A stretch of 64,000 bases of DNA from Camelus ferus (GCF_009834535.1 NC_045697.1:108192001-108256000); one strand, 5' to 3'; positions 26,000 to 40,152 are shown, counted from the stretch's first letter. Numbers and translations are program-made. The notes: generated by a model not told the origin, from the sequence alone.

Positions 26000-26393
26000 G
26001 CTCAACTTTTGCCTGGAGTAATGGCTGGCACATGTGGGGCCTGGCTAGAAACTACAATTCCCAGACTCCCTTGAAGCCAAATATAGTCAAGTTTGCTCCA
26101 ATGGAATCTGAGTCCAAGTAGTAGGTAGCCACCCACAAGGCCACATTCCTCCAGGCTCCCTTTCCTTCCTGCAGGATGCACGTGGCAAAGACTGAGGCCG
26201 CCCTGGAAGCCAGGCACTGACGGTGGCTGTCGTGCCCGCCCTGCTGGCCCAGGTCCCTGGATGATGGTGGAGCAGAGCCTGTCTACTGGCTCTGGAATGT
26301 TACATGACAGAGAACTAACGTTCTGTCTTAAAGTCTGAGACACTTCATTTTGGAGTCTTAGTTATGGCTGCTGAGCCTTGTGCTTTAACTAAT
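26000..26393 (+). mobile_element. MLT1 (MaLR) LTR
   Basis: aaactacaattcccagactcccttgaagc; ends tttaactaata. Confidence 0.55.
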
Positions 26394-27914
26394 AGCAGGG
26401 GAGGAAAGGGACACGTCATTGCCCCCCTCACCCCCAAAAGCAACCTGTAGGGTTGCTTTCATCAGAAGCAGGAGAAGTGGACACAGAACAAAGACAACAA
26501 ATGCCCATCACAATTGTTGCTGTTATTGGCTCCACAATATCATTATGCGCACCAGCTACATTCCATCCAAGTAATCACAGCTCCCACTTCCAGACTACAC
26601 TGTCTGGTTTGAAATTCCTAACCAGCAAGTGCCTCTTTCTTTGCCCTTCAAACCCATGGCTTGCCCCAAGGGACCTGCTCTGCTCCACTTACTGCAATGC
26701 CAGTCGTAGACTTCCTCCTTTAAGGAGCTGATGAATGAAGTCACAGCCCACTGTGAAAATGAAAAGAACTGGGGTTCTGTGCCTGCCATCCTAGCTCTGC
26801 GGTCACCACCACCTGAGAGATAGACTGATCTCTCATGCTGATGCGCCCAGACCCAACCTCAATGAGCACCGTTTTGCACTAACAGCCCCTAACGAGAGAC
26901 CATCACCGGCGAAGTAAACAGCTCATTAGCCTGGGGAGGGAATGGTCAGCAGAGTCTGGGCTCCTAATTTGTTTTTTTATTTGTGATTTACTTTCAATCA
27001 ATCCACAAGGGCTTATTGATTGCTTACTATGTGCTCATCGCTGCTTTCATTTTGAGTAGAACAATGTATCGTTTCCAAGATGAGCATTGATGTTAGAGTT
27101 TAATAAAGAAAAGTTACTGGACTTTTTTTTTCCCTAGTTAAACTACATACACAAACATTCGTGTATTTTAACTCTTGCTGCATTTTTAAGAGTAACTTTC
27201 CAATGTCATGCTGGAAGTCAAAAGGCAAATGGCACTTATTAAAATAATTCCATTCTAGAGGAAACTTTTTCTGAAATGCACTTACTCCCTTGGTAAGGCC
27301 TTTATTCTTCTTTCTTCAAGTTGCTCATCACCCATTCCTGGTCAATCTGTGCCCACACGCCAGCATCACACAGATTTGCGGCTTTTCCTAGTTAACTGTA
27401 TGGGTTGTCTCTCCAGCTCAGAGTTCTCTTCCAAAGAGAGAGGTGGACCCACTGACGTCTCTGTTCATTTCCACCTCAGTCTGCGCATTTTGGGATATGG
27501 TCCTTCATGCTTTGCCCACATGCCTGGTTCTGACTAGCCCAGCTCTGATCATCAGTGTCTAACCACAGAACCTTCCTGACTGCTCACCCGAGTCTAACCC
27601 TGAGACTCTTCCCTAGCCATCGGCTGGATGTCCCCCATGGACACTAGCTTTCTCCCTCCCCTAAAGAAAAAGAGAAATCACTCCAGTGCTCCAGCATTTC
27701 AGGGGAGAAGTGCAATTCAGATCGAAGGTGGGGGGCTGGTCCTTCAGTGCAGGAAAAACTTTGAAGGAGCTTTCCTTACATAGAGGTGAGTGAAGCCTCA
27801 TCTAGGGAGGAGGTCTAGATAGAAAGGAATTGTGATTTTTGTGTGTACTAGGAAGGAATCGGAATAAGGAGGGACGGGAGGCTGGAGCTAGAAGAGTCAG
27901 GATAGGAAGCCTAG

Positions 27915-28086
27915 ATCAGAAATTTCTGCAGTGATGGAGCTGTTCCGTTTCTCTGCCGTCCAATATAGTGGCCACTGGCCACAAGTGGCTATTGAACACT
28001 TTGAATTGTATTTAATTTTAATTTGTTCAAATGTAAATAGTCACACATGTGGCTGGTGATCACCCTATTGGATGGCATAGGTCTAG
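27915..28086. mobile_element. MER3/MER33-like hAT DNA transposon
   Basis: gtccaatatagtggccactggccacaagtggctattgaacact...ctattggatggcataggtctaga. Confidence 0.75.
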
Positions 28087-28395
28087 ATGGAGAAGCCTCA
28101 GCAAATTCAAGCTGAAGTCAGAAAAGAACAGATGGGATAATTCCCTGTGGTGAAGATGGCTGAGGCCTTTTATTATCTGTCCTGTGTCCTGACAGTCTGG
28201 TCTGCAGGGTTGAGAGTAGGGGGAAGGTGGTGGATTATGGAACAATGGAAGAGGAAGACAAAAGGTTGGAAGGGTGAGTGGGGAGACTCAGAATGACGTG
28301 TCTCCCCCCATCTGGCACCTGGTTTTGCCTCATTCTGGGACAGGAGAGAGGGGGCAGGGCACTGAAGGAATGACACAGCAACTGAGGACAAACTG

Positions 28396-28760
28396 GTTAG
28401 AACCAAGATGGTAGAAGAGTCGACCTCCAGTAGACCTTGAGCCTCATGGCACAGCCACAGGCGCCATCACAGTTCCTAGGTTGACCATAAAAGGTCAAAA
28501 AGTGGGCAGGGACCCACTTCCTGGAAATCCCAGCTCCTTCCCCAAAGTAGTTGAAATAATCCTCCCACTCATTAGCATATGAATTTACCAAGTGCATGAA
28601 AACTGACAATCCCACACCCTGCGGTCACTCTCTATCTTGCCTTCTGAGACGGCCAGCACTCTGTCTATGGAGTGTGTATCTCCCTGAATACATCTACTTT
28701 CCCTTTACTGTGCCTCACTTTTGAATTCTTTCCTAGACCAGACAAGAATCGATTCTCTGG
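28396..28760 (+). mobile_element. ERV1-class solo LTR
   Basis: ccaagatgg start, ccataaaagg, ctgaata...ttgaattctttcct 3' region; same family as 42428-42740. Confidence 0.7.
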
Positions 28761-29109
28761 CAGCATATTCTCCAGATCCCTGATGCTTGTCAGGAAACTG
28801 TGACCCACCATGGCCCTTGGCTGGTCTGGGACCACGTCGGGCTGTGAAGGGAGCCGGCACTCTCAGCAGCCCACCGCGGTGACTCAAGGAACAGTGACTG
28901 GACAGGGAGATGAGAGGTGGAGTTTGAGCTGCTTTTCACCCAGAGCCCTAGGACCAGTGCTCCCAGCTAGCCCCAAGAGAGCTTGAGAGACAGCAGAAGA
29001 GTGCAAAATCGCAGAGGAAGGCTAGCTTCACCCTACCTCTCCTTTAGCACACCTCCTGAGTGGCCACCAGAGGTGAGACTCTGGGGGTTCCCCTTCCACC
29101 CTTGCCAGT

Positions 29110-29766
29110 GGAGGGGGACAATTTGTCACCCCAGCGGTCTCTATGGCATGCAGATTATTTTGAGCTGAAAACGATCAAGTCCCAAAAGACTCTGGAAGAA
29201 ACTTTGACCTTCCCCCTAACTGCCTAAAGAATGTAGACAGAGAAGCTGTTCTGGAAATGGCACCGTCACTGTGGATACTCTAGGTGTGTAGATGGGAGGA
29301 ACCTAGCAAATCTGCTAAAATTCCTCTCTGTGCCCCACGGTCTCAGACTGGCCCAGCCAACACTTGTTTACCAAGCATTTGTTTTCCCGTCTCCACGTCA
29401 ATTGCCTTCCTCCCCTCTGAAGTCCCAAACCACTATCTCAGCACTCTCTTTTGACTTTAGCTGAAAATGATATTTAAGATGGGAGTTTTGGGGGTGGGGG
29501 TCAGGGTATAGCTCAGTGGTAGAGCACATGCTTGGCATGCACAAGATCCAGGATTCAATTCCCAGTGCCTCTGCTAAGGGGGAGGGGGAGAGATGAGAGT
29601 TTTGGCCATTTTGGCGAGTTACTCACTTTTCCTGGATCTCTTCCATGTATATACGTGTCATTAAACTTTTGTGTGATTTTCTCCTGTTAATGTCTCATGT
29701 CAATTTAATTCTTAGGCCTGCCAGAAGAACCTAGAAGGGCAGAGGAAAATTTCTTCCTCCCCGACA
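29110..29766 (+). mobile_element. ERV1-class solo LTR (MER34/MER39-like) containing a SINE insertion
   Basis: gattattttgagctgaa, attaaactt polyA-signal region, ends cttcctccccgaca. Confidence 0.7.
29492..29590 (+). mobile_element. Camelid tRNA-Ala-derived SINE, tail-less
   Basis: gggtatagctcagtggtagag...ggattcaattccc; TSD agatg(g/a)gagttttgg on both sides. Confidence 0.85.
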
Positions 29767-30412
29767 CCCATCATTCTGAGAGGAAGCAACACGGTTCCTC
29801 CCACATCCTGGAAAATTCTGAGACACCCCAATGCATAAAATGGAGAGAGGTCCCAGCACACAAGCTGCGACCAAAAGGTGTGTGGCCCTCCACTGCCAGC
29901 CTCCTGCCCAGCTAGTGCTGCGGAACAGCTGCGCTTTTCTTGTCCGCAAATTTCAGTTGTGTGAGAGCAGTGCGCCACCAGGAAGCGCCGTGTCTGCTGA
30001 TAATGGAAATTGTTGGAGATCCTGAGGGACTGGTGAACAGGAGGGAGTGACGAGCTGACCTGGGGAGTTCATCTCTTGGCCTTGAGCTTTTGGCTTCAGG
30101 CACATGGCTCTTAGCAGCCCCAAAGAGGGGTGGGAGGAGAGTTGGTATGGATGGGGGGCAGAGGGTGTTTGAGGGAGGACTGTGACATTGAAGGGTCTGT
30201 GGAGGCCAGAACATAAAGGGAGAGGAAGAAACTGAAAGTCACTCCCAATCAAGTGTCAGTGCGCCTCCTCTCCCATCCCAGCAGTGTCTCCCCACCTCTG
30301 GCCAAATGCCACCACACCCTGAGCACTTCTGATGTCCGATGAGATGGGCCTGGGTGGGCAGAATTATGCTCAACTGTACAGATGAAGAAATTGGAACTTA
30401 TAAGGTAAGTGA

Positions 30413-30574
30413 AGGGGAGGGTACAGCTCAGTGGTAGAGCACATGCTTAGCATGCAGAAGGTCCTGGGTTCAATCCTCAGTACCTCCATTTAAAAAAATA
30501 AAAATTAAAATAAATAAATAAACCTAATTACCTCCTCCCCAAAATAAAAAAATAATTAAATTTAATTTAAAAAA
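30413..30574 (+). mobile_element. Camelid tRNA-Ala-derived SINE (inserted in a MIR)
   Basis: ggggagggtacagctcagtggtagagcacatgcttagcatgc...ggttcaatcc; aataaacctaattacc tail. Confidence 0.93.
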
Positions 30575-31249
30575 GCTCTAAGTGCCTTCATCTGTGCAGC
30601 TCTGGCAGCATCAGCAGAACCAGGGACCAAACCCAGGTCTTCTGAAGTCATGCTTGCTGCTCTTTATTACCTGCACTGCCTCTTCTGTGGGTGGGCTGCT
30701 CCCTGACCATCAGCGCACCATTTTGGCCTCTAACTGGCTTTGCCTTTCAGTGTGTCCATAAGCCTGCTCACTTCAGCTCCAGCATCCACATGTGCTTCTG
30801 TTTCTGCTTACAGGACAGGCTTCGGAGGGCTTGCTGGTGATTGCTGGTTTCCCAGGCTGCCAACCCTGCAACAATCCATCTGCTTGCTTTCTGACCCCAG
30901 TTTCAGCCTATTCCAGGTCTAACAGCCTCTGAGTTTTGCTCTATCTCTGTTCTTCATTGGTCAAGTTTGCTAGAAGATGGCCCATGAAGCTGGGCTGTGT
31001 TTGGTGGGAGCCTGCCTGGACAGCAGGTCATTGGCCAATGACCACTCCACTGAGATGCTGGACCAGATGGGAGAGGAAAAGTCAGAGCCAGGAAACGGAG
31101 CCAAAGTGCATCAGGTGCGGGCCCTGGGAGGAAAGGCACCAGATTCTGTGCAAAGATCAGGAGTGTGGAAGCCAAGGGGAGATGCCAGCAAAGGCAGATA
31201 AAATTGAGGGCAGTTCTGGAAGCACTGGGCATCCATCCACGGGGTATGC

Positions 31250-31680
31250 CTTGAAAACATGTCCAAGTATGTTTTACTCCTATTTCAACCATATTACCTT
31301 GGGTGAGATATGGTGAGACCAGGTGCAGATCAAGAGGGAGATGCTGGGAAGAGTTGTATAGATTATTACACTCAGAGTTCTCCAGGAAGAACACAGTGCA
31401 CCATGCCGGACCACTCTAGGAAGCACCAGCGTCGATGACAAGGCAGAGAGAGAAAGCAAAACTGTGGGCGAGAGCCTTTACTGTGGCTTCCGTGGGAAGG
31501 AACATGTGAGGCAGGGAAGGCAGACTTAGGACTGGCTCGTTTGGGTAATTTCACCAGGCTCTGGGGCTTAGGGGACTGTCCTTGGTTGTCTGGTACCTGG
31601 CCCTGGGTGATAAGGGCAGGTGAATAGTGGCCTGGAGTGTGACAGCCCCATCAAGGTGATTGGAGGTGTGAAATTAATTG
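31250..31680 (-). mobile_element. ERVL-class LTR (MER54/MER74-like)
   Basis: actgtgggcgagagcctttactgtgg...aggactggctcgtttgggtaatttc. Confidence 0.45.
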
Positions 31681-31799
31681 TCCACACAAGAAGGGAAACA
31701 GACCAGTCTGTAGCCAGGGTCTCAGAACTGGGTCAAGGCAGCATCTATACAAACCATATCACAACTGGGCTGGGATGCATTCCTAAGGAGAGTTTTGTT

Positions 31800-32800
31800 T
31801 ATTTGTTTATAATTACAAAGTAGTAAATGGAGACTGAAAAAATTCAACAATACATTGAAAACTGATTTTAAAAGTGACTCCGCAACATCACAGGGAGACA
31901 AATTTAATAGATAAATTATGTAGATAATTTAATAGATAAATATGTATTTTTCCAGAACTCTGGCTATGCCCATCAGACTTGTGTGTCCATGAACACACGC
32001 ACATTATTCACGCATATGCACACTGTTTTGTGGTTTATAATAAAGATAAAAATAGAATCATATATGGGCATACATTTCTTTTTTTTTTAAGTGCAATAAC
32101 ATAACATAGGCCTGCTTCCATGTCAGTACGTGCAGAGGGACATTGTTCTTTTTCATGGCTGCATGGTATTCTACAGCATGGATCAACCATAATGTATTAT
32201 GAATTATTCTATGAATTAATATTTATGTCACTATCAGATTTTTCCTATTATACCAACTTAGCAAACTTTGTACACACTTGCATGAATTTTGTGGGGAATA
32301 CATTCCTATAAGTGAAATTTCTGGATCAAAAATTATATGCATTTTAAATTTAATTGGGTAGAATTCAATTCTGTAGAATTTCTCTCTGAAAATATTACAC
32401 CAGTTTATATTCCCGTAACAGTTTATGACTAGTCATTAGACATTATTGATCTTCATTTTTCTAATCTATTTGGTGGGAAATGTATCTCTGTTTTCATTTG
32501 TATGTATCTAATCTCTAGGGAGGTTTGTGGGTCTTCCTATTTATTCCTGTTTCAATATCCTCCTCTATAAATAAACTCTTCAGGTCATTTCCCAAGTTTT
32601 AAACTTTTTTTGCATGTTAAGAATATCCACTTTTTACTATACAGATTATAAATATTTTTATGAGGCTATCATTTGCTTTTAATTTTGTTGATAGTGTTTT
32701 TTCTGTATAAAAACATTTCTGTTTTACATAATAAAATCAGTCTATATTTTCTTTCATAATTTCTATGTTTCCTGTTTTATTTAGGACGGCTTTCCCACTA
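31800..32800 (-). mobile_element. Ancient L1 (L1ME/L1MC-like) 3' fragment
   Basis: ttcttttcatggctgcatggtatt, attcctataagtgaaatttctggatcaaa, ccagtttatattccc. Confidence 0.65.
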
Positions 32801-34129
32801 GGGGTAGACTTTTAAGGGGACGAGGTTGGGCTGGGCAGTATTCTCAGCACTGATATTATCCCGATGTGGATCTATTTCTGATTTCCCAGAAGACTCTTGG
32901 TGGCTAGGGGCTGGGTAGGGATGCCAAATGCACGAGGCATTGATTCAGTGGTTCTGAAACCTCCAAGCACCATATTCCTCTTTGAGATTCTGATAAAAGC
33001 TATGGACCCCACCCATGATTTTGACTATGATTTCAGAGATTTTACAGACTATCTAAATTCTACCTACCAGTGACTTGTTTATTCTTCCTCATTTGAAGGG
33101 CCTACTGCATTGATAAATACCTGATCTAGGAAAACGTTTCAAATGATTTCTGCCATGGAATGTGTCAAATTGATTATCTGCCCCTCTAAAATTTGACCTC
33201 TAAAGTTTGACCTGGGAAGCTCTTTATGCAACCCTCTGTCCACCCTGGATATTCACAACATCCTCATGGCCCTAAAAGGGTAAGTGTGATTCCAGCTCAA
33301 GACCAGTGTCCCAGCTTCTTCCCAGCGCAGCCTCCTCCACTGCACTCACTTTGGCTCATTCTGACTTCACACCTGAGTTTTCTTTCCCCCATGGAGGTGA
33401 CAGCAGGGGCTTCTGCACACCACACACTTTGACAGCCGTGGTGAGGGTGGGGGATTGCAAGGGGGGAATGCTAAAGGCTGCAAGAGAGTCCTCAAGGAGA
33501 TTAGAATCCACCTATCTTCCAAAAGCCCACCATGAAGGACAATAAATTTAGCAGCAGGGTCTTACGAGGGCTTCGCAGGGGAGAAGCAGGGAAGTTGGAG
33601 ATTCAAGGCCTCTTCTGGGAAAACCAATAACTTGTCATTGAGGGGCAAGTTTCAAGGACCTCTCTGGAGCGTTGGGTTTCCCTGAGTGCCAGGGAGAAGC
33701 GGACATCCATTATGGGGACCTCAAATCCTTGCACGTCCAGGAGCTTCAAAATAGATGCAAACATCCTTGGCAGTTCTCTCTCTCTGGTAGAAAACTTCCT
33801 GAGCAAATCTAATCAATACTTTAACAGGCACATGAAGAGACTGCTCTCAGCTTTAGAAATGTCAGGTTTAAGTGGTTCTGATTGCTTTCCACGGAGCTTT
33901 GGGAGCAAAAGGGTCAGCTCTCGGAGCATGAAGACCAGCACCCTCAGCACTTTAAGTCAGAGATCTGATCTAGATCCCACCTCCAGCGGGAATTCAAATC
34001 CCATCAGAAGTTGGCCCCACTCTCTACTGATCTGGTCCCTCCCACTGACCCCTGGCTTCCCTTTGGGTCTCCATATGCAACAAATAAAATGTTTATTTGC
34101 CTGCTTTTGCTTCCAAACATAGCTACTCT

Positions 34130-34335
34130 CTTTTTTTTTTTTTTTTTTAAATTGAAGTAGTCAGTTTACAATGTTGTGTTAATTTCTGGTGTACAGCACA
34201 GTGATTCAGTTATACACACATATTCCTTTTCATATTCTTTTTCATTATAGGTTATTACAAGGTGTTGAATATAGTTCCCTGTGCTACGCAGTAGGACCTT
34301 GTTCATCTACTTTACATATAGTAATTAGTACCTGC
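34130..34335 (-). mobile_element. Young LINE-1 3' end
   Basis: Poly-T then aattgaagtag...ctggtgtacagcacagtgattcag...tgaatatagttccctgtgct. Confidence 0.9.
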
Positions 34336-34995
34336 ACAAACACAACTCCTTGATCATAATCCTCCCAGAGGAATAATTAGCCAAGATTCAGCTCTTAGAG
34401 AAATGTGGAGACTGAATTACCCAACCCAAAGGAACGTAGGTCAATCCAGCTTTAACCATAGGCTTTCTGTCTCCCAATTGGCTGTATTTGTTTCATCTTC
34501 CTTTTCTCATAAAGCATTTCAAGTGAAGACGAGGAAGATTACTACCCATGATGGAGTTCTGGGATGAAGTGGAGAAGGGCTGCTTGGGTTTCAGTCTGTT
34601 GGTGAGAGGGTATATTTCTAATCTGGATTACCATCCAGTTGATGCAAGTTGTTGGAGAAAACCTAGAGAGCCTAATTCCTGCCCCCCAGGAACTTTCAGT
34701 TTAAGCCTCTATGAACACAGACACATGGGCAAAGCTGGCTAAGTGACATTCAGTGCACTTTCCGACAAAGCCTTTGCTCGCGCCCCACAAGGGCTAACAT
34801 GAGGCAGATCTTCTACAGGTCAGCCCAGCTGGGGACGTCGACTGGAAGCACCACTGCTTTCCTGGTTTCCTGGGCACTAAATCTTGACTATAATAGTCTG
34901 AATGTAGCCCGTAATTTGAATCTACATATTCATAATCAGTGCCTGTGGTGTTTTTTTTTTTAATCTTGAAATATTACCCAAAGAGAAAAAGACAG

Positions 34996-35137
34996 TGGGA
35001 AGGGTACAGCTCAGTGGTAGAGTGCATGCTTAGTATGCACAAGGTCCTGGGTTCAATCTCCAGTACCTCCATTAGAATAAATAAGTAAATAAATAAACCT
35101 AATTACCCCCCAAAACAAAAACAAACAAACGAAAAAG
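34996..35137 (+). mobile_element. Camelid tRNA-Ala-derived SINE
   Basis: A/B boxes, aataaacctaattacc tail, TSD aaaaagaca. Confidence 0.92.
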
Positions 35138-36189
35138 ACAATCACTTGAACCCACATTCTAGACTAAGAACATTCTAGAAATATAAGCTTTATTGCAATG
35201 TTTATTCATAGTCAGCTCTGTATACCATATCTCAGAGATCTGATATCAATTTCCAGTTTCTCCTCCTCAGGGAACACATTCGAACCTGCAGTCAGTAGGT
35301 CAAAGAGAATCTCGTCTGTTTTGGTCTGAACTCGAGTCCTCTTCGAGGCGATTTTGCCAGTTCCTGTTTCATACATCCTATGATGATATTATCTCATAGA
35401 GATCTAAGATGGAATATCTATAAAATCAGAATTAATTTTCAGCTTCCTTTCCTCTTGGGGCAGAAATATGAACGCCTGATGATTCCTCTGTAATCCAAAC
35501 ATACACAATTGCATAAAACTACTGTACTCTAAGGAGAGTTCCTCCTTAACATTTTGTACCATATTGTGTAGGCCAAGGGGCAAACCTGGCCAGAGTGGGC
35601 AGTATTCTCAGTAGCACCCTTCCTAGGCCCACCCTGGACCTGTGGAGTTAGAATCTTCAGGGGAAGCCCCGAGAGTCCTTTTGTCTCGCTAACTTCTTTG
35701 GCGATCTGCTTGGCACAGGTGTAAAAGCTGGGGTCGTTGGCAACAGCAAAGAGTAAGTGTGCCGAGGTTGTTGCACAGCCGTGCATCGTAAGAGAAACGG
35801 AGAAAGCCCGCTTGTCTTGAAACTGGAGAACAATTCAGGGAAGAGTGGGCACTTCAGACCCGCCTGAGTGAAGACCGCTCCTGGAGGAGTGGGGCATTCT
35901 AGGCAGAAATGGAGCCAGGGAGGGCTTTAGATGTGGGCCCTGAAGAAAGGGGAATTCAGTCTTTTCCCGGGAGACACATAATGAGGCCAGACTGAATCTT
36001 CGATCCTTCACTCTCCTGGGATTCTCAGCCTTCGATGAGAAACTGCTTTCACCCCCAAAGCCATGAAACTGGGCAGAAGACTGTGTTGACAGTGACGAAA
36101 TTCCCAGGCCAATCCGGGCCCAGCCCTACGCCTCCCCCACCTCCCAGGGCAGCCCAGCACCTCCTGCCTGAGCAGCCCACCCAACCCAT

Positions 36190-36345
36190 GGTGCACAGTA
36201 GATCCCCCGGGGGCTTTTACAAATACCAGTTCCTGACCTCTTCCCCACAGTCTGATACAATTGGTCTGGAGTGGGGCTCCAGCTTAGGCATGTTTCAGAG
36301 TCCCAGGTTATTCTGATATGCACCCAGAGCCCAGAACCACTGAGC
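36190..36345. mobile_element. MER5A/B-like hAT DNA transposon
   Basis: ctgatacaattggtctggagtgggg...ccaggttattctgatatgcac...agaaccactg. Confidence 0.7.
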
Positions 36346-37374
36346 TGGCCAGCTGGAAGACATCAGTTGGGAAATTCTGTTTGACCCCATGCCTCAGTTT
36401 CCTCATCTGTCCTGAAGGACGTTGCCAAGGGGCTGCGGGTCTTCCGAGCTGCTCCGTCTCCACTGCCCCTTCCCTCTTCACAGGCATCTGGTTCCCTCCG
36501 CCACTCTCTGCTGCTCCCCAGGGTGTCTCCCTCCCATTTTTTCCCCTTAGTACCTTATCTGTTCTGCTGTGGTTCCTCTGGGCCCCCGATCTCTGCTAAG
36601 CGACAAAGAGTGCTAATTGCTTAATCTGATGTACTAGTTGCTGTTAACACTACTCGGCTAAAGTGCTCTCCCAGCCTGTGAGAATTCATTCCCCAAGGAG
36701 CGGAGCGGTCCCTACAAAGGGAATTGGGCCAGCAGCAAACAACGGGACTTCTAGAATCAGCACATCAGTGGAGAGAGGAGAGAACAAGCTGCGTGAAACT
36801 GGGCCATGACTGGGACTCTCTCTGGTGCAAGGGACAGCAACATTTATCTTCTAGAACCACTGCCGGGGGCCCATCAAAGGGTGTGGCATATTCCGGTGTT
36901 CTATAAATATTAGCTTCCTTTTCCTTCCTGTCAAAGGCCAGATCCGATTACATCTTTTCTGAGCCCTATCCCGCTTTTAACACAGAGGGATGAACTCTGC
37001 AGCTAAGCCATGTCTCTTTCAACCTGCACTCATGCAGTTTGTTTTTCAGATCTGAATACCGAATTTTACATTTTCTCCTGTTACATTTTCCCTTGTTATT
37101 TCCTGCCCAGTACCTTAGCCTTTCCAGGGCTTCAGGATCCTGATTCTATTATCTGATAGAGTAGCTAAACTTCCTGGTCTATGCCATCAGCAGAGATGGA
37201 CAGAGGGCTCTCAAAGTCTTCACCTGCATCATGGATAACACTATTGAACAGAGTGGGGCAAAAGATAAAGCTCTTTTACATCCCAAGCTCCTGGCTTGAT
37301 GCTGAGATTAGTTTCAAACCAACCAAACTGTATCTTCATTCAGTTTACATGTCCACATTTCTCCATTGTTACAT

Positions 37375-37800
37375 TTGTGGCAGAAACTAGTTTCCTGCCC
37401 CAATATGCATTCTTCTCTTCCTCCTTAGCAACAGAACCCTATAGGTTGCTGCACTGATCCCAGCCTCTCTTACAGCTAGATAGGGCTTCAGGCCTCTGTT
37501 CTGGTCAATGTGTTTAAGTAGAAAGGTTTTATGGGACTTCAGGTAAATCTCCTTAAAAGTAACTAACTCAGTTGGGAAGAACTAGCCGTCCTTCCTGGTC
37601 CCTGAATGTGGATGTAATGGCTGAATCTCCAGCAGCCATCTTGAGTCATTAGGTGACCTTGAGGATAAGAGATAGAAGGAGCCTGGTTTTTGCTGCACAT
37701 GGACAACATAGCAGCCCATGACTGCCTGAAGATTTCCTAATAGGGGAGAGAAATAAACTTTCATTTTGTTTAACTTTTGAACCTAATCTTAATGAATGCA
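37375..37800 (+). mobile_element. MLT1 (MaLR) LTR
   Basis: tgtggcag start; gatgtaatggctg...cagcagccatcttg; gagagaaataaactt. Confidence 0.7.
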
Positions 37801-38454
37801 TCTTGTTCATATCCAAATATTCTGTGTCTTTCTAAGAAATTAAGAAAAGAAGGAAGGAAGGAGGGGGAGAAGAAAGGAAGGAAGAGAGTCTAAGTTTTCT
37901 GATGGGAATCTAGGATTTCTTTTATATCTGGGAGATTTCTATACATCCACATCCTTTCCAAGCTTTGGAAAATAGCTTGAGAGTTCATTCCAAAAAGGAG
38001 AAAAACAAAAAGGGAAATTTGTCAGCATGGATTTGAGTAGATCTCCTAATGTTAAGAGCTAGAAAAGCCTTTCTTTAGAGACCTGGGCCATTTCTAACAG
38101 TGTCTTTTGAAATCACTAATTATGCTCCAAAAGAGAAGGCATCACTGGAGCCAGAACCAGCAGCCAATTACCCACAAGAAATCGCTCACTGTGTGGGCTG
38201 CCTTCTGTCTCTGTTCGCATAATTTCAAAATGTAATTTCTAGAATCACACTAAATACTTGTAAACAGAGCTTGGTTTAATTGCAAGGAGGAACAATTTCA
38301 GGGGATAAAAATGAGAGTTGTTTCTCATTTTGTCGATAACAGAGCAGTCCTCTTTGGGTCAGACTTGCAGCTCCCATCTGTCCTCCCACACAGGTCAGCT
38401 CCCTCTGTAACTCCCACGAGAGGTGCTGACTTCAGCAGAAGGCGGGGGTTGCTT

Positions 38455-38670
38455 TGGAACAGTGGAAGAAGTGTAGCCCTTGGAGTCAGAGATCTGAGTT
38501 CAGATCGCAACTCTGGCACTTACTAGGTTGTTCTCATTAGCAAGCAAGTTAGCCCTTTCGAGGCACGGTTTCCTCATCCACAAAATGGGATTGCCACCTG
38601 AGCTCTGGAGGATCAAGTGTGTAAGGATACATGTATGTAAAGTGCTCTATTGGAGCATCGGCTCCGTGAA
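38455..38670 (+). mobile_element. MIR
   Basis: tggagtcagagatctgagttc...ggtttcctcatccacaaaatggg. Confidence 0.7.
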
Positions 38671-39991
38671 GAGTTGTGGCTCAGCTGTATTCCCTGCTGC
38701 TCTCTCCAGGGTTCTGAATAGTTCCTGGAAGATCGTAGGCGTGGGTACCATTTAGCATTGTCACAAAACGGTGGCCTACCACCATCACCCTTTGTTTTTC
38801 ACTGGTCTGTGGGCTCTAGTTGACCTAGGCTGGCCCTGGCTGATCTCCCCTCAGCTGGCTCGTGCCTCTGCACTCACTTGGGACAACTCTGCTCTGTGGT
38901 TTGTCCTATACCTCTGGGAACGGAGGGCTAGTCCTTCTCACGGTGATGTCAGAAGCACATGAGGAAGCAAGGCAGCACGCCTGTGCTTGGTCTGCTGATA
39001 TCCTGTTGGTCAATGAGGAACGATGCAAGGCTAAGCCCAGGGATGGGAACTGCACTCCACCCGCAAAATAGGAGACTGCAAAGTCACATGGCAAAGGGCG
39101 TGGACGCAAGAAGGGGCGGAGGACTGTGCCATTAATGCAGTCTCCCACAAGGTGCAGCGAACTACTTACTGCTGGCATGAATAGACATGTTTTTTAATGG
39201 ATGGAGACGAATGCAAGATAGTAGAGGTTCTTAAAGCAAGCCCTCACCTTGCCCATCAAAGCTCTCCTCCTTCCTACATCTATAATCCTTTCACTAACGG
39301 GGGAAAATCATGGCCAGACAAAGCCATGCAGTAAAAGAAATTCACTACAGCTCCTTCCCTCTCCCCTCTTGGATTTCCCTCCTTCCTCTCCAGTCTTTCC
39401 TATTTAGCTCCTCCGCCCCTCACCTAAGTGTTTTTAGCTCACTCTCAATTGTTGCCAAGATTGCAATTAGCTCTAAGGTGTTACCTAGAGATCTTGAGCC
39501 AGTTTAAGAAGTAGAGGGACAACCAAGGTGGAGAGGTACATTTCTGTCTCTTTCCATCATAGGATATGCTGTAGCTATGCATGGCTATATGTTAGATAGC
39601 TTCTTGAGTTGAAACAAAGAATATATATCCTATAAAGTCATAATAATGATTAAAACATGATTTAAAAAAACCCAAACACTGGAGTTGTTCATGGTGGCTC
39701 CCTTTGAGGAGTTAGATCAGGGGGAAGATAAATGAAGAATATTTTTCCTTTATATTTTATACTTTCCTGTGCTGTTGGGGGAAATACTGTTTAACCTTAG
39801 GCATGTTATTTTTATAACATATTTTTTCAAAAGCTTTAAAGAAGCTGTCGGTGGAGCTCCCTTCTTGTCTGTGTCATTGACTCCAAGCTCCAGAGGGATG
39901 AAGCTATAAAGGTGGGGTGACAGGCCAGGGCTGTAAGAAGCCAATCCTACCCTGTGGCTGGCAACCTGCCTACCTAAAAAAGAAAAAGATC

Positions 39992-40152
39992 AGGGAGCTT
40001 ATAGCTCAGCAGTAGAGCGTGCGCTGAGCATGCACAAGGTCCTGGGTTCAATCCTCAGTACCTCCATTAAAATAAATAAATAAAAACCTAATTACCTCCC
40101 CTCATTTTTTTTTAATTTAAAAAAATAAAATAAAATAAAGAAAAAAGAAAAA
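39992..40152 (+). mobile_element. Camelid tRNA-Ala-derived SINE
   Basis: tatagctcagcagtagag...ggttcaatcc, A-rich tail. Confidence 0.92.
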
